Positions 47,522 through 59,519 are shown, numbered from the stretch's first letter. The stretch: DNA of 64,000 nt from an uncultured Bacilli bacterium (GCA_963931515.1 OZ007022.1:1408327-1472326); one strand, 5' to 3'. Notes: generated by a model from the letters alone, not told the origin. Made by a program: numbers and translations.

Positions 47522-48352
47522 ATGGCAATAAAATCATATAGACCAACGACTAATGGTAGACGTGGTATGACAACTTTAGTAAATGATGAAATTACTAAAA
47601 CAACTCCAGAAAAATCATTAGTTGTAACAATGAAAAAGTCTGGTGGTCGTAATAATCAAGGCATCATTACTGTAAGACATCACGGTGGTGGAGCTAAGAG
47701 AAAATACAGAATCATTGACTTTAAAAGAAATAAGGATGGTATTGTTGGAACTGTTGCTTCAATCGAATACGATCCAAATAGAAGTGCTAACATTGCTTTA
47801 ATTAATTATAATGATGGAGAAAAGAGATACATAATTGCTCCAAAAGGTTTAAAAGTTGGAATGAAAATTGAAAGTGGAGAACAAGCCGACATTAAAGTTG
47901 GTAATAATTTACCACTTGGAAATATTCCAGAAGGTACTTTAGTTCACAATGTTGAATTAAAACCTGGTAAAGGTGGTCAAATGGCTAGAAGTGCTGGTTC
48001 TAGTGTTCAAATTTTAGGCCGCGAAGGAAATTATACATTACTTCGTTTAACAAGTGGCGAAGTTAGAAAAGTATTAAGTGTTTGCCGAGCAACTGTCGGT
48101 GAAGTTGGAAACGAAGATTATAGTTTAGTAAATTATGGTAAAGCTGGAAGAAAGAGACATATGGGAATTAGACCTACTGTTCGTGGTTCTGTTATGAACC
48201 CTAACGATCACCCACATGGTGGTGGAGAAGGTCGTGCACCTGTTGGACGTAAACACCCAGTTACACCTTGGGGTAAACCAGCTCTTGGCTTTAAGACACG
48301 TAATAATAAGAAAGCTTCAAGCAAACTAATTGTTCGCTCAAGAAAAAAATAA
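47522..48352 (+). CDS. rplB: 50S ribosomal protein L2
   Basis: Contains [15 protein letters not shown] and [13 protein letters not shown]. Confidence 0.98.
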   Translation: MAIKSYRPTTNGRRGMTTLVNDEITKTTPEKSLVVTMKKSGGRNNQGIITVRHHGGGAKRKYRIIDFKRNKDGIVGTVASIEYDPNRSANIALINYNDGEKRYIIAPKGLKVGMKIESGEQADIKVGNNLPLGNIPEGTLVHNVELKPGKGGQMARSAGSSVQILGREGNYTLLRLTSGEVRKVLSVCRATVGEVGNEDYSLVNYGKAGRKRHMGIRPTVRGSVMNPNDHPHGGGEGRAPVGRKHPVTPWGKPALGFKTRNNKKASSKLIVRSRKK

Positions 48353-48369
48353 GAAAGGATGACTTATAA

Positions 48370-48642
48370 ATGGCTAGAAGTACAAAGAAAAAACCTTTTG
48401 TCGATGATTATTTAATGAAAAAGGTTGAAAAAATAAACGAATCTGGTAAAAAAGAAGTTATTAAAACTTGGTCTCGCCGTTCTACAATTTATCCTGTATT
48501 TATTGGACACACATTTGCTGTGCATAATGGTAAAGAATTCATCCCAGTTTATGTTACAGAAGATATGGTTGGACATAAATTAGGTGAATTTGCCTTGACA
48601 CGTAAGTTTGGTGGCCACGGCGACGATAAGAAGAAAAAATAA
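48370..48642 (+). CDS. rpsS: 30S ribosomal protein S19
   Basis: Contains [13 protein letters not shown]. Operon order is conserved. Confidence 0.97.
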   Translation: MARSTKKKPFVDDYLMKKVEKINESGKKEVIKTWSRRSTIYPVFIGHTFAVHNGKEFIPVYVTEDMVGHKLGEFALTRKFGGHGDDKKKK

Positions 48643-48661
48643 ACCGGAAAGGATGGTATAA

Positions 48662-48997
48662 ATGGAAGCTAAAGCAATTGCTAAAGAAATTAGAATTTCA
48701 CCTAGAAAAATGCGTTTATCTATTGATTTAATTCGTGGAAAAGACGTTAAGGAAGCTGATACAATTTTAGCAAACTTAAATAAAGAAGCTGCTAGAGTGA
48801 TTCGTAAAGTTTTAAAATCTGCTACTGCTAATGCAGTAAACAATTTAGAACTTAATGAAGATAATCTTTATGTCAGTGAAGCTTATGTAAATGAGGGCAG
48901 AACATTAAAAAGAGGCCGTGCTGGTGCCAAAGGTAGCCCTAAACCAATATTAAAAAGATCAAGCCACGTTACAGTGGTAGTGAGTGAGAAAAATTAA
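48662..48997 (+). CDS. rplV: 50S ribosomal protein L22
   Basis: Contains [15 protein letters not shown]. Confidence 0.97.
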   Translation: MEAKAIAKEIRISPRKMRLSIDLIRGKDVKEADTILANLNKEAARVIRKVLKSATANAVNNLELNEDNLYVSEAYVNEGRTLKRGRAGAKGSPKPILKRSSHVTVVVSEKN

Positions 48998-49014
48998 GCA
49001 AAGGAGGGTAATAC

Positions 49015-49728
49015 ATGGGTCAAAAAGTTAGTCCAGTCGGACTTAGAATTGGTATAAATAAAACTTGGGAATCTAAGTGGTATGCTGGAAATCAAGATTT
49101 TGCTAAATTCTTAAATAACGACTATAAGATTCGTAAATGTTTAGAGAAAAAGTTAAAAGATGCCGCTGTTTCAAGTATTCTTATTGAAAGAAATAGTGAA
49201 AAGACCGAAGTTATTATCAATACTGCTAAACCAGGTGTAGTAATTGGTCATGGCGGTGACGAAATTGAAAAATTAAGAAAAGAATTAAATAAATTAACTA
49301 ATGAAGAAATTCATATTTCTATTAAGGAAATTAAGAATCCAAATTTAGATGCAGCTTTAGTTGCAGAAAATATTGCGCATCAAATTGAAAATCGTGTTTC
49401 TTATAAAATTGCACAAAAGAAAGCGATTAGAAATGTTATGAAATCTGGAGCTAAAGGTATTAAAACTTTAGTATCTGGTAGATTAAATGGTGCTGAAATT
49501 GCAAGAGGAGAAGGTTATAAAGAAGGTAGAGTTCCTCGTCATACTTTAAGAGCTGATATTGATTATGCTTTAAAAGAAGCAAATACTATTTATGGTAAGA
49601 TTGGTGTTAAAGTATGGATTTATAAAGGTGAAATCCTTGGGGACGGTGTTAAACCTCAAAAAGAAGCAAAACCTTCTAGACCAAATAAGGGAGGTGTGAA
49701 GGATGGCAGTAATACCAAAAAGAACTAA
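49015..49728 (+). CDS. rpsC: 30S ribosomal protein S3
   Basis: N-terminus [13 protein letters not shown] with KH domain features. Confidence 0.97.
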   Translation: MGQKVSPVGLRIGINKTWESKWYAGNQDFAKFLNNDYKIRKCLEKKLKDAAVSSILIERNSEKTEVIINTAKPGVVIGHGGDEIEKLRKELNKLTNEEIHISIKEIKNPNLDAALVAENIAHQIENRVSYKIAQKKAIRNVMKSGAKGIKTLVSGRLNGAEIARGEGYKEGRVPRHTLRADIDYALKEANTIYGKIGVKVWIYKGEILGDGVKPQKEAKPSRPNKGGVKDGSNTKKN

Positions 49729-50134
49729 ATATCGTCGTCCTCACCGTTTGTCTTATGAAGGTGAAGCTAGAGGAAATAGACAAGTTTCATTTGGTGAATA
49801 TGGACTTCAAGCTTTAGAAGGAGCTTGGATTACTCAACAACAAATTGAAGCTGCTCGTGTTGCGATGACTCGTTACATGAAGCGTGGTGGTAAAGTATGG
49901 ATTAATATTTTCCCACATTTATCTTTGACAGCAAAAGGTATTGGTATGCGTCAAGGTAAAGGTAAAGGTGCTCCTGAAAAATGGGTTGCCGTTGTTAAAA
50001 AAGGAAAAATTATGTTCGAAATTGCCGATGTTAGTGAGGATGTTGCTAGAGAAGCATTTAGACTTGCTATGCATAAATTACCAATTAAATGTAAGTTTGT
50101 AAAGAAAGAAAGTGGTGAGGCAAATGAAGATTAA
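49703..50134 (+). CDS. rplP: 50S ribosomal protein L16
   Basis: Contains [11 protein letters not shown]. It overlaps the rpsC 3' end. Confidence 0.96.
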   Translation: MAVIPKRTKYRRPHRLSYEGEARGNRQVSFGEYGLQALEGAWITQQQIEAARVAMTRYMKRGGKVWINIFPHLSLTAKGIGMRQGKGKGAPEKWVAVVKKGKIMFEIADVSEDVAREAFRLAMHKLPIKCKFVKKESGEANED

Positions 50135-50318
50135 TGAACTAAGAGAATTAAGTAACGAAGATTTAAAGAAAAAAATCGACGAAACTAAAGCTGAACTTTT
50201 TAATTTACGTTTTAGCCAAGCTACTGGTAGTCTTGAAAAACCAGCTAGAATTAATGAACTTAGAAAGGCTGTCGCAAGAATGAAAACTATTCTTCGTGAA
50301 CGTGAATTACAAGACTAG
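50124..50318 (+). CDS. rpmC: 50S ribosomal protein L29
   Basis: ATG 50124 follows GGTGAGG. Contains [26 protein letters not shown]. Confidence 0.95.
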   Translation: MKINELRELSNEDLKKKIDETKAELFNLRFSQATGSLEKPARINELRKAVARMKTILRERELQD

Positions 50319-50327
50319 GAGGATTTT

Positions 50328-50585
50328 ATGGAAAATATAAAAAGAGAATTAACAGGTAAAGTTGTAAGCGTTAAGAACGATAAGACTATTACTGTATTAG
50401 TTGAAACTTACATTATGGATAAAAAATATGGTAAGAGAGCTATGTACTCTAAAAAATACGCCGCTCACGATGAAAAGAATGAAGCAAATGTTGGCGACAT
50501 AGTTAGAATTGCTGAAACTAGACCAATATCTAAAACTAAACATTATCGTTTAGTAAAAATCGTAGAGAAAGCAGTTATTTTATAA
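50328..50585 (+). CDS. rpsQ: 30S ribosomal protein S17
   Basis: 85 aa, in the conserved position between rpmC and rplN. It has a KTITVLVE-type fold signature. Confidence 0.95.
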   Translation: MENIKRELTGKVVSVKNDKTITVLVETYIMDKKYGKRAMYSKKYAAHDEKNEANVGDIVRIAETRPISKTKHYRLVKIVEKAVIL

Positions 50586-50607
50586 CTAGCTAGAAGGAGG
50601 ATTAATT

Positions 50608-50976
50608 ATGATTCAACAGGAAAGCCGTTTAAAAGTAGCTGATAACTCTGGAGCTCGTGAACTATTAGTTATTAGAGTACTTGGTGGTAGTAAAGTTAAA
50701 ACTGGCAATATCGGAGATATAGTTGTTGGAACAGTTAAGAAAGCAACTCCTAATGGAACTATTCCAGAAGGTAAAGTTGTTAAAGCTGTTGTTGTTAGAA
50801 CAAAACGTGGAGTTAGAAGAGAAGATGGATCTTATATTAAATTTGATGACAATGCTTGCATTTTAATTAAAGATGATAAGACTCCAGTTGGAACTCGTGT
50901 GTTTGGACCAGTAGCTCGTGAAATAAGAGATGAAGGATTTATGAAGATTGTTTCACTTGCTAAAGAAGTATTATAG
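50608..50976 (+). CDS. rplN: 50S ribosomal protein L14
   Basis: N-terminus [19 protein letters not shown]. Confidence 0.98.
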   Translation: MIQQESRLKVADNSGARELLVIRVLGGSKVKTGNIGDIVVGTVKKATPNGTIPEGKVVKAVVVRTKRGVRREDGSYIKFDDNACILIKDDKTPVGTRVFGPVAREIRDEGFMKIVSLAKEVL

Positions 50977-50994
50977 ATCGTTTGGAGGAATAAT

Positions 50995-51303
50995 ATGAAA
51001 ATAAAACAAGGAGATAAAGTAGTTGTCATTGCTGGTAAAGACAAAGGCAAAGAAGGAAAAGTTATCCAAACTTTTAAAGCCCAAGATAGAGTCATCGTTG
51101 AAGGCGTTAATATTGTTAAAAAACATATTAAACCAAACGGTGGAGAAAACGGAAGAATTGCCGAGGTCGAAGCTCCATTACATGTTTCAAATGTAATGAT
51201 TATTGATCCTAAGACTAAAAAAGGAACAAGAGTAGGACATACTACTGATAAAGATGGAAAGAAAATAAGAGTGTCAAGAAAATCAAATGAAAAACTTGAC
51301 TAA
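50995..51303 (+). CDS. rplX: 50S ribosomal protein L24
   Basis: N-terminus [21 protein letters not shown] (KOW motif). Confidence 0.96.
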   Translation: MKIKQGDKVVVIAGKDKGKEGKVIQTFKAQDRVIVEGVNIVKKHIKPNGGENGRIAEVEAPLHVSNVMIIDPKTKKGTRVGHTTDKDGKKIRVSRKSNEKLD

Positions 51304-51322
51304 ACCTGAAAGGAGGGTATTT

Positions 51323-51862
51323 ATGAACCGCCTACAAAAAAAGTACAATGAAGAAATCGTACCTAGTTTAAGAGAAAAATATAATTATAAAAGTGTAATG
51401 GCTATACCTAAATTAGAGAAAATCGTTGTTAATATGGGTGTTGGTGATGCAACTAGTAATAGTAAGTTATTAGATGCAGCTGTAAGTGATTTAAAAGCTA
51501 TTACAGGTCAACAACCTATTGTTACAAAAGCAAAAAAAGCTGTCGCTAACTTTAAAGTACGTCAAGGCCAAGGTATTGGTTGTAAGGTTACTTTAAGAGG
51601 TGACAATATGTATAATTTTTTAGATAAACTAATTAGTATTACATTACCTCGTGTTCGTGACTTTAGAGGGATTAGTCCAAAATCATTTGACGGTAGAGGT
51701 AACTACACTCTAGGTTTAACTGAACAATTAATTTTCTCAGAAATAGATTATGATAAAGTTGTTAAAGTACGCGGAATGGATATTGTGTTTGTTACATCAG
51801 CACATACCAATGAGGAAGCTTTAGACTTATTAAAAGGTTTCGGTATGCCTTTTAGAAAATAA
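51323..51862 (+). CDS. rplE: 50S ribosomal protein L5
   Basis: ATG 51323 follows AAAGGAGGG. N-terminus [14 protein letters not shown]. Confidence 0.96.
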   Translation: MNRLQKKYNEEIVPSLREKYNYKSVMAIPKLEKIVVNMGVGDATSNSKLLDAAVSDLKAITGQQPIVTKAKKAVANFKVRQGQGIGCKVTLRGDNMYNFLDKLISITLPRVRDFRGISPKSFDGRGNYTLGLTEQLIFSEIDYDKVVKVRGMDIVFVTSAHTNEEALDLLKGFGMPFRK

Positions 51863-51878
51863 TGATTAGGAGGAAATT

Positions 51879-52064
51879 ATGGCAAGAAAAAGTATGGTTG
51901 TGAAAGCTAATCGTGAACCTAAATTTAAAGTACGTAAATATACTAGATGTAAAATTTGTGGTAGACCACATTCAGTACTTAAAAAATATGGTATCTGCCG
52001 TATTTGTTTTAGAGAATTAGCTTACAAAGGACAAATACCTGGAATTACAAAATCAAGTTGGTAA
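51879..52064 (+). CDS. rpsN: 30S ribosomal protein S14 type Z (zinc-binding)
   Basis: 61 aa with CKICGRPH ... CRICF. Confidence 0.96.
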   Translation: MARKSMVVKANREPKFKVRKYTRCKICGRPHSVLKKYGICRICFRELAYKGQIPGITKSSW

Positions 52065-52080
52065 GAAGGGAGGATTAAAT

Positions 52081-52479
52081 ATGGTAGTATCAGATCCAAT
52101 TGCTGATATGCTTACGAGAATCCGTAATGCAAATCAATTAAGATATAAAGAAGTAGCAATGCCATCTTCAAAGATGAAAGAAGAAATAGCAAGAATCTTG
52201 AAAGAAGAAGGATATATTGTTAATTACAAAGTTGTTAAAGATGGAGTACAAAATAAACTCGTTTTAACGTTAAAATATGGAGCTAAGAAACAAAGAGTTA
52301 TTACTGGATTAAAAAGAATTTCTAAACCAGGACTTAGAGTTTATGCTCATGCAGATGAAATACCAAGTGTTTTAAATGGACTAGGTATCGCTATTGTTTC
52401 AACATCTGAAGGTGTAATGACAGGTAGAGATGCTAAGGGTAAATCACTAGGTGGCGAAGTGTTAGCTTACGTTTGGTAG
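52081..52479 (+). CDS. rpsH: 30S ribosomal protein S8
   Basis: Contains [13 protein letters not shown]. Confidence 0.97.
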   Translation: MVVSDPIADMLTRIRNANQLRYKEVAMPSSKMKEEIARILKEEGYIVNYKVVKDGVQNKLVLTLKYGAKKQRVITGLKRISKPGLRVYAHADEIPSVLNGLGIAIVSTSEGVMTGRDAKGKSLGGEVLAYVW

Positions 52480-52494
52480 AAAGGAGAAAGTAAT

Positions 52495-53025
52495 ATGAGT
52501 CGTATAGGAAACAGAGTACTTTCAATACCTGAAAATGTTACCGTAACTACTTTAGGCAATGTTGTTACAGTTAAGGGACCTAAGGGTGAACTTTCTACTG
52601 AAATTAATAAAAACATTGCTGTAGAAGTAAAAGAAAATGAACTTGTAGTTACAAGAAAAAATGATGCTTATAAAGCATTTCATGGAACAGCAAATGCTAA
52701 TATTGCTAACATGATTAAAGGTGTAACTGAAGGTTTTGAAAAGAAATTAGAAATAGTTGGTGTTGGATATCGTTTCAATTTAGCTGGTAATAAATTAACT
52801 ATTCAAGCGGGATATTCTCACCCTGTAGTTATGGAAATTCCTGCGGGACTTACTGCAGAATGTCCTAGTAATACAGAACTTACTATTAAAGGTGCTGACA
52901 AACAATTAGTTGGTGAATTTGCGGCTAATGTCAGAAAAGTTAGAAAACCTGAGCCATATAAAGGTAAAGGTATTCGTTACCAAGATGAATATATCATCAG
53001 AAAAGTTGGTAAGAAAGCTGCTTAA
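52495..53025 (+). CDS. rplF: 50S ribosomal protein L6
   Basis: N-terminus [15 protein letters not shown]. Operon order is conserved. Confidence 0.97.
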   Translation: MSRIGNRVLSIPENVTVTTLGNVVTVKGPKGELSTEINKNIAVEVKENELVVTRKNDAYKAFHGTANANIANMIKGVTEGFEKKLEIVGVGYRFNLAGNKLTIQAGYSHPVVMEIPAGLTAECPSNTELTIKGADKQLVGEFAANVRKVRKPEPYKGKGIRYQDEYIIRKVGKKAA

Positions 53026-53045
53026 TTAGAAAGGAAGAAGAAATT

Positions 53046-53408
53046 ATGATAAAGAAAGTTAATCGTAATGAAGTGCGTCAAGCTAGACATGCTAGAGTTA
53101 GAAAAACTGTTAGTGGAACTAGCGAAACACCAAGATTAAATGTGTTTAGATCAAATAGTAATATTTTCGCACAAATTATCGACGATACTAAAGGTGTAAC
53201 TTTAGCCAGCGCTTCTTCAATTGATAAAGATTTGAAACTAGAAAATGGTGGAAATATCGAAGCAGCTGTCAAAGTCGGAGAATTAATTGCTAAAAGAGCA
53301 AAAGATGCAAAAATTACTAAAGTGGTATTCGATAGAGGCGGATACTTATATCATGGACGTGTTAAAGCTTTAGCTGAAGCTGCACGCGAAAATGGTTTAG
53401 AATTCTAA
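53046..53408 (+). CDS. rplR: 50S ribosomal protein L18
   Basis: Contains [24 protein letters not shown] and [21 protein letters not shown]. Confidence 0.97.
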   Translation: MIKKVNRNEVRQARHARVRKTVSGTSETPRLNVFRSNSNIFAQIIDDTKGVTLASASSIDKDLKLENGGNIEAAVKVGELIAKRAKDAKITKVVFDRGGYLYHGRVKALAEAARENGLEF

Positions 53409-53423
53409 AAGGAGGGAAATATA

Positions 53424-53927
53424 GTGGAAAGACAAAGAAGAGAACCCCGTCCAAAACAATTTGACGAAGAAGTTATTAGCATCGGAAGAGTTACTAAGGT
53501 AACTAAAGGTGGTCGTCAATTACGTTTCGCAGTAACAGCAGTTGTTGGAGACCGTAAGGGTCGTGTTGGTATTGGTTCAGGAAAAGCTGCTGAAGTACCA
53601 ACTGCTATTAAAAAGGCTGTAGCAGCCGCTACTAAGAATGTTATTAACGTGGCTATCGTTGGTGGCAATACTATCCCACATGAAGCTATCGGAAGAAGAG
53701 GTGCTAGTAAAGTTTTATTAAAACCTGCTTCTAAAGGTACTGGAGTTAAAGCTGGTGGACCTGTTAGATCTGTACTAGAACTAGCTGGTGTTAAAGATAT
53801 TTTATCTAAATCACTTGGATCAAGCACTAAAATTAATATGGCATATGCAACATTAGATGCTTTGAAGCAACAAAAAACTGCTGAAGAAGTAGCTAAGTTA
53901 CGTGGTAAGAAAGTAGAGGAATTATAA
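53424..53927 (+). CDS. rpsE: 30S ribosomal protein S5
   Basis: GTG start follows AAGGAGGG. Contains [14 protein letters not shown]. Confidence 0.96.
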   Translation: MERQRREPRPKQFDEEVISIGRVTKVTKGGRQLRFAVTAVVGDRKGRVGIGSGKAAEVPTAIKKAVAAATKNVINVAIVGGNTIPHEAIGRRGASKVLLKPASKGTGVKAGGPVRSVLELAGVKDILSKSLGSSTKINMAYATLDALKQQKTAEEVAKLRGKKVEEL

Positions 53928-53928
53928 T

Positions 53929-54372
53929 ATGAAGTTACATACTGTAAAACCAAATCCATATGCTACAAAGGCTAGAAAAAGAGTAGGTCGTGGACCAGGA
54001 AGTGGAACTGGTAAAACAGCTGGTCGCGGTGAAAATGGTCAAAATTCTCGTAGTGGTGGAGGAGTTAGGATAGGTTTTGAAGGTGGACAAACACCACTTT
54101 TCAGAAGACTTCCTAAGAGAGGTTTCTCTAATGCTAAATTTAAGAAAGTGTATGCGGTTATTAATTTATCAGATTTAAATAGATTTGAAGATGGTGCTAC
54201 TGTTACTCCAGAAATTTTAAAAGATATGGGATTAGTTAAAAATGCTTTAGATGGTATTAAAGTACTTGGTAAAGGAAAATTAGAAAAGAAATTAACTGTT
54301 AAAGCTAATAAGTTCTCTACTTCTGCTTTTGAACAAATAGAAAAATTAGGTGGAAAAGCAGAGGTGATCTAA
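53929..54372 (+). CDS. rplO: 50S ribosomal protein L15
   Basis: Contains [15 protein letters not shown]. It starts 1 nt after the rpsE stop, so there is no rpmD between them. Confidence 0.96.
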   Translation: MKLHTVKPNPYATKARKRVGRGPGSGTGKTAGRGENGQNSRSGGGVRIGFEGGQTPLFRRLPKRGFSNAKFKKVYAVINLSDLNRFEDGATVTPEILKDMGLVKNALDGIKVLGKGKLEKKLTVKANKFSTSAFEQIEKLGGKAEVI

Positions 54373-55623
54373 TTGTTTAAAAAAGTCAAACAATTTTTTA
54401 GCCCAGCAAACAAAGATTTGAGGAAAAAAGTATGGTTTACTTTTGCAATGCTTTTTGTATTTAAGCTTGGAACAGCAGTTGTTGTTCCTGGTGTTGAAGC
54501 TGATTTGAATGTTGGATTTTTAGAGCTACTTAATGTTTTAGGTGGCGGAGCTATGGAGAATTTTTCAATTTTTGCTTTAGGTGTTATGCCTTATATTACT
54601 GCATCAATTATTATGCAACTGTTACAAATGGATATAATTCCTTATTTCACTGAACTTTCTAAACAAGGACAGACTGGAAGAAATAAGATTAATCAAATTA
54701 CTCGTGTACTTGGTATTGTACTTGCTTTTGTTCAAGGTTATATGTTTTCATTTGCCTTTATACAAAAAGGTAGTGTAACTGATTATATTGAAGTTTCATT
54801 AGTATTAACAGCTGGTACATCATTACTTCTTTGGATTGGTGATGAGATTACTAAAAAAGGTTTAGGTAATGGTACTTCTATGATTATCATGGCGGGTATT
54901 TTGGCTAGTACTCCTTATATGTTTACGCAAGCATATTCCGGTTTGGTTACTGTGGATGCGGGAGCAATGGGAGTGGTTAAATTTGCTTTGTTTATTATTC
55001 TTTATTTGATTATTGTTTTAGGAGTTTTATTCGTTCAGCTTGCTGAGAGAAGAATTCCAATTCAATATGCTAATAAAACTGATAATGTATTTTCTAACAA
55101 GCAAACTTATATTCCATTTAAGTTAAATTCGGCTGGTGTTGTTCCTGTTATCTTTGCTTCAGCTTTGATTTCAGCTCCAGCTTTAATAGCTCAATTTACT
55201 AAAAATGAAGAATTCATGATGTTTGTTAATAGATGGCTTAGTTTGACATCTATTACTGGGTTTTTACTATTTATTATATTTATTGTTGCCTTTTCTTTCT
55301 TTTATACATTTATTGTTATTAAACCAAAAGATATGGCTGAAAATTTACAGAAGTCAGGTGGTTATATACCAGGTATTAGACCAGGAGAAGAAACAATTAA
55401 ATATGTTAGCAAAGTTTTAATTAGACTTACGGTTGTTGGTTCAGTATTTTTAGCGTTTATTGCGGGACTTCCATATATATTTGGAATGATATCTGATTTG
55501 CCTTCAACTGTATCAATTGGCGGAACTGGATTACTTATTGTTATTGGTGTTATATTAGAAATATATAAACAATTAGAGAGTAGTTTAATAAGCCGTAGTT
55601 ACAAACGCCGGAGAGTATACTAA
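54373..55623 (+). CDS. secY: preprotein translocase subunit SecY
   Basis: TTG start follows GAGGTGA. It has 10 TM helices and contains GVMPYITASIIMQLL. Confidence 0.96.
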   Translation: MFKKVKQFFSPANKDLRKKVWFTFAMLFVFKLGTAVVVPGVEADLNVGFLELLNVLGGGAMENFSIFALGVMPYITASIIMQLLQMDIIPYFTELSKQGQTGRNKINQITRVLGIVLAFVQGYMFSFAFIQKGSVTDYIEVSLVLTAGTSLLLWIGDEITKKGLGNGTSMIIMAGILASTPYMFTQAYSGLVTVDAGAMGVVKFALFIILYLIIVLGVLFVQLAERRIPIQYANKTDNVFSNKQTYIPFKLNSAGVVPVIFASALISAPALIAQFTKNEEFMMFVNRWLSLTSITGFLLFIIFIVAFSFFYTFIVIKPKDMAENLQKSGGYIPGIRPGEETIKYVSKVLIRLTVVGSVFLAFIAGLPYIFGMISDLPSTVSIGGTGLLIVIGVILEIYKQLESSLISRSYKRRRVY

Positions 55624-56265
55624 ATGAATATAACATTTATTTCGGCTCCGGCTGCCGGTAAAGGCTTACTTTCATCAATGATAAATGAAAAGTATGGATT
55701 TCCGCACATATCTATCGGAGATTTACTTAGAAGTGTTGATGATGAAAAGGTAAAAAAACAATTAGAAAATGGGGAATTTGTCGATAATAGATTGATTGCT
55801 AAATTACTTACAACAAGACTTTCAAAAGATGATTGTAAGAATGGCTTTATCTTAGATGGATTTCCTAGAAATATGTCACAAATTTCAATATACGAAGAAG
55901 TTTGTGAGAAAGTAAATGACATGAAAAATGTTATAATAGTACTCGATATACCAAGAGAAATTGGTGAGAAGCGAATTTTAGGTAGAAGAGTATGTTTAAA
56001 TTGTGGTAATGTTTTCAATGATTTGTTTGAACATAGTAAATCAAAAGTTCCAGGAGTTTGTGATAATTGTGGTCATGAGCTGATTAAAAGAACTGATGAT
56101 AATATAGAGGTTTATGAACGTAGATATGATACATTTCTTAAGGAAACAAAACCAGTTATAGATTATTTTGAAGCTAGAGGTAATGTGTATCATGTAGATG
56201 GTTCTAGGTCTAGTGATGAAACTTTTAGCGATATTGAAAAAATAATAGGAGGCTATAATGATTAG
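55624..56265 (+). CDS. adk: adenylate kinase with divergent P-loop
   Basis: It sits in the conserved position. It contains DGFPR, ILGRRVC and a Zn lid (CLNCG...CDNCG). The P-loop reads ISAPAAGKGLL. Confidence 0.88.
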   Translation: MNITFISAPAAGKGLLSSMINEKYGFPHISIGDLLRSVDDEKVKKQLENGEFVDNRLIAKLLTTRLSKDDCKNGFILDGFPRNMSQISIYEEVCEKVNDMKNVIIVLDIPREIGEKRILGRRVCLNCGNVFNDLFEHSKSKVPGVCDNCGHELIKRTDDNIEVYERRYDTFLKETKPVIDYFEARGNVYHVDGSRSSDETFSDIEKIIGGYND

Positions 56266-57004
56266 CATTAAATCTGAAAGAGAGATTGAACTCTTACGTA
56301 TAGCAGGTGAAATTACAGGTAGTACTCATAATTATTTGAAACCTTATATTAAACCTGGAATTACGACTAAAAGATTGAATGATTTAGCCGAAGAATATAT
56401 TAAAAGTAGAGGTGCAACCCCATCATTTAAGGGTTATGATGGTTTTCCAGCAGCGATATGTATATCAATTAATGATGAAGTTGTTCATGGTATTCCAAGC
56501 GATAGAAAGTTAAAAGAAGGAGATATTGTTTCTTTAGATATTGGTGCTTGTTATAAGGGATATCATGGTGATTCAGCTTGGACATATCCAGTTGGAAAGA
56601 TAGATGATAAGAAGAAATATTTACTTGAGCACACTGAAAAATCTTTGTATAAAGGTTTGGAAGCTATTCATGATGGATGTCATGTTGGTGATATTGGTTA
56701 TGCGGTTAGTAAATATGCTTCTGAACATAACCTCGCTGTTGTTCGAGAACTCGTTGGTCATGGAGTTGGTAATGATGTTCATGAAGATCCAGATGTACCA
56801 AATTATGGTGCGAGAAATACTGGCCCTGTTTTAAAAGCGGGTATGGTTATAGCGGTAGAACCTATGCTTAATTTGGGGACTAGAAAAATTTATATTTTAG
56901 ATGATGATTGGACTATTATTACTGCCGATGGTAAACCATCCGCACATTTTGAACATACAGTATTAGTTACGAAGGAAGGGCACGAAATATTAACCAGGAG
57001 GTGA
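56258..57004 (+). CDS. map: type I methionine aminopeptidase
   Basis: Contains the metal-ligand motifs [17 protein letters not shown] and EPM, and FEHTVLVT. Confidence 0.96.
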   Translation: MISIKSEREIELLRIAGEITGSTHNYLKPYIKPGITTKRLNDLAEEYIKSRGATPSFKGYDGFPAAICISINDEVVHGIPSDRKLKEGDIVSLDIGACYKGYHGDSAWTYPVGKIDDKKKYLLEHTEKSLYKGLEAIHDGCHVGDIGYAVSKYASEHNLAVVRELVGHGVGNDVHEDPDVPNYGARNTGPVLKAGMVIAVEPMLNLGTRKIYILDDDWTIITADGKPSAHFEHTVLVTKEGHEILTRR

Positions 57005-57008
57005 TAAA

Positions 57009-57230
57009 ATGGCAAAAGAAGATGTCATTGAAGTAGAAGGCTTAGTAGAAGAAATCTTGCCAGGTGGCGGATTTAAAGTAAGACTAGAAAACAATCACGT
57101 TATTAAAGCCCACATTTCTGGTAAAATGCGATTACACCGCATTCGTATTTTACTAGGCGACAAAGTGAAAGTAGAATTATCACCTTATGATTTAACATGT
57201 GGGCGAATAACCTATAGAGTAACGAAATAG
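57009..57230 (+). CDS. infA: translation initiation factor IF-1
   Basis: N-terminus [15 protein letters not shown] with an S1-like fold, 73 aa. Confidence 0.97.
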   Translation: MAKEDVIEVEGLVEEILPGGGFKVRLENNHVIKAHISGKMRLHRIRILLGDKVKVELSPYDLTCGRITYRVTK

Positions 57231-57241
57231 GAGGAATAGAT

Positions 57242-57358
57242 ATGAAAGTAAGACCATCAGTTAAAAAAATGTGTGATAAATGTAAGATTATCAGACGTAA
57301 TGGAAAAGTAATGGTAATTTGTGAAAATCCAAAACACAAACAAAGACAAGGTAAATAG
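57242..57358 (+). CDS. rpmJ: 50S ribosomal protein L36
   Basis: Not in the ORF track because it is too short. I read [38 protein letters not shown] after the RBS AGGAGG. Confidence 0.95.
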   Translation: MKVRPSVKKMCDKCKIIRRNGKVMVICENPKHKQRQGK

Positions 57359-57369
57359 GAGGTGTTTTA

Positions 57370-57735
57370 ATGGCACGTATTAAAGGTGTAGATATACCAA
57401 ATAACAAAAGAATTGAAATCGCTCTTACTTATATTTATGGTATTGGACGAAGTTTATCTAATAAAATCTTAGCTGATGCAAGTGTAGATATTAATAAGAA
57501 AGCAGGAAGCTTAGATAATGATGAACTTTCACGTATCCGTGATGAAGTTAATAAATATTTAACTGAAGGTGATTTACGCCGTGAAGTAAATATGAATATT
57601 AAGACAAAGATGGAAATCAATTCTTATGAAGGTACTCGTCATAAGAAAGGCTTACCAGTAAGAGGACAAAGAACTAGAAGTAATGCTAGAACTCGTAAGG
57701 GTAAACCTAAAACAATAGCAAATAAGAAGAAATAA
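57370..57735 (+). CDS. rpsM: 30S ribosomal protein S13
   Basis: N-terminus [26 protein letters not shown]. Confidence 0.97.
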   Translation: MARIKGVDIPNNKRIEIALTYIYGIGRSLSNKILADASVDINKKAGSLDNDELSRIRDEVNKYLTEGDLRREVNMNIKTKMEINSYEGTRHKKGLPVRGQRTRSNARTRKGKPKTIANKKK

Positions 57736-57753
57736 CTTTAAAAGGAGGATATT

Positions 57754-58137
57754 ATGGCTTATAAAGCAAGAAAACGTAAGGTTAAAAAGAATGTCCCAGA
57801 AGGTAAAGCTTTTATTCATTCAACTTTTAATAATACAATCGTTACACTTACTGATAAAGAAGGAAATGCGATTAGTTGGGCTTCAGCTGGTACAGTAGGC
57901 TTTAAGGGTAGTAAAAAGTCAACTCCTTTTGCAGCTGGTATGGCTGCAGAAGCTGCTGGTAAAGCTGCTGCTGAAATGGGTATGAAGAAAGTTGAAGTAT
58001 ATGCAAAAGGTTTAGGTTCTGGAAGAGAAACAGCAATTCGTTCTTTACAAACAGCTGGTTTAGAGATTACTTCAATTTCAGATGTCACACCTATGCCACA
58101 TAACGGATGTCGTCCACCAAAACGACCTCGTGGATAA
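57754..58137 (+). CDS. rpsK: 30S ribosomal protein S11
   Basis: Contains [14 protein letters not shown] and [12 protein letters not shown]. Confidence 0.97.
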   Translation: MAYKARKRKVKKNVPEGKAFIHSTFNNTIVTLTDKEGNAISWASAGTVGFKGSKKSTPFAAGMAAEAAGKAAAEMGMKKVEVYAKGLGSGRETAIRSLQTAGLEITSISDVTPMPHNGCRPPKRPRG

Positions 58138-58154
58138 AAGGAAAGGAGACCTTT

Positions 58155-59102
58155 ATGAATTTTGAAAAACCAGATTATAAAATAACAGATTATGTAGAAA
58201 ATAATAATTATGGAAAATTTGAACTAGAACCTTTGGAAAGAGGTTTTGGTATGACTATTGGTAACGCTTTACGTAGAGTAATGTTATCATCAATGCCAGG
58301 TAGTGCAATTGTTGCTGTTAAAATTGATGGTGTTCAACATGAATTTCAAACTATTGATGGTGTTATCGAAGATGTTACAGCAATTATCTTAAATTTAAAA
58401 GGTATTGCGATTAGAAATCATTCTGATGAAGTTAAGACTGCTCATTTATCAGTTCATGAAGAAAGAACAGTTACTGCTGGTGATATTATTTGTGATAGCG
58501 ATGTTGAAATAATTAATAAGGATCAAGTTATTGCTACTTTAGCTAAAGGTGGAAAACTTGATATGGAGTTTATTATTGCTAATGGTCGTGGAGCTGATTT
58601 ATCATCTGTAAATAAAAAGTATATTACTGATGCTAGTTTAGGATATATTCCAATTGATGCTTTATATTCACCAATTGAGAGAGTTAATTTTGAAATTGAT
58701 AAAGCACGTGTTGGGCAAGATGCTTCTTATGATAAATTAATTATGGAAGTTGAAACTAATGGTTCACTTCGCCCAGAAGAAGCTATGGCTTTAGCTGCTA
58801 AAATATTAATTGAGCATTTGAATATTATTACTAACTTGAGTGAAATTGCCGATATTACTGGTATTATGAATGCTAAACAAGAGGATAGTAAACAAAAGAA
58901 GTTAGAAACTTCTATTGATGATTTAGATTTCTCTGTTAGAGCATATAACTGTTTAAAGAGGGCTAATATTAATACTTTAGGTGATTTAACTGAAAAATCA
59001 GAATTAGAAATGATGAAAATACGTAATTTAGGTAAAAAGTCTTTAAAAGAAGTTATGGATAAAATTAAAGATATGGGACTTAAATTTCGTGATGAAGATT
59101 AG
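58155..59102 (+). CDS. rpoA: DNA-directed RNA polymerase subunit alpha
   Basis: ATG 58155 follows AAAGGAGA. Contains [23 protein letters not shown]. The C-terminal domain has [16 protein letters not shown]. Confidence 0.97.
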   Translation: MNFEKPDYKITDYVENNNYGKFELEPLERGFGMTIGNALRRVMLSSMPGSAIVAVKIDGVQHEFQTIDGVIEDVTAIILNLKGIAIRNHSDEVKTAHLSVHEERTVTAGDIICDSDVEIINKDQVIATLAKGGKLDMEFIIANGRGADLSSVNKKYITDASLGYIPIDALYSPIERVNFEIDKARVGQDASYDKLIMEVETNGSLRPEEAMALAAKILIEHLNIITNLSEIADITGIMNAKQEDSKQKKLETSIDDLDFSVRAYNCLKRANINTLGDLTEKSELEMMKIRNLGKKSLKEVMDKIKDMGLKFRDED

Positions 59103-59116
59103 TTAGGAGGAAATTA

Positions 59117-59473
59117 ATGGCTTATAGAAAATTAGGACGCGACAACAAACATAGAAGAAGTATGCTAGCTAATTTAACTAAAGATGTTATCAACAATGAA
59201 AAAATAGTTACTACTGAAACTAGAGCTAAAGAAGTTCGTAAGTTTGTCGATAAAATGATTTCTTATGGTAAAGATGGCTCTTTAGTTGCTAGAAGAAAAG
59301 CTTTAGCTTTCTTACACAATGATAAAGCTACAGTTAAAAAAGTATTTGATGATTTAGCTGTAAGATACGCTAAAAGAAATGGCGGATATACTAGAATTTC
59401 TAAAATTGATGAAAGAAGAGGAGACGACGCTTTAATGGTTGTTTTATCTCTTGTAGAAGGGGATGCTGAATAG
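59117..59473 (+). CDS. rplQ: 50S ribosomal protein L17
   Basis: N-terminus [20 protein letters not shown]. It is the last gene of the alpha operon. Confidence 0.97.
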   Translation: MAYRKLGRDNKHRRSMLANLTKDVINNEKIVTTETRAKEVRKFVDKMISYGKDGSLVARRKALAFLHNDKATVKKVFDDLAVRYAKRNGGYTRISKIDERRGDDALMVVLSLVEGDAE

Positions 59474-59519
59474 GCATTCTTTTTTTTATATACTAGGAAT
59501 TTGCTTTGTAAAAAAAATG

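Noticed and set aside
53516-53959. 147-aa antisense ORF inside rpsE. Similar antisense ORFs lie in rplR (53078-53272), rpsK (57816-58088), rpsM (57435-57620), adk (55620-56018, 56041-56268), rplV (48580-48843), rplN/rplX (50832-51095) and infA (57103-57339).
   Set aside because: All lie opposite unambiguous, highly conserved genes. They have no RBS and encode low-complexity or hydrophobic strings. This is typical of shadow ORFs.
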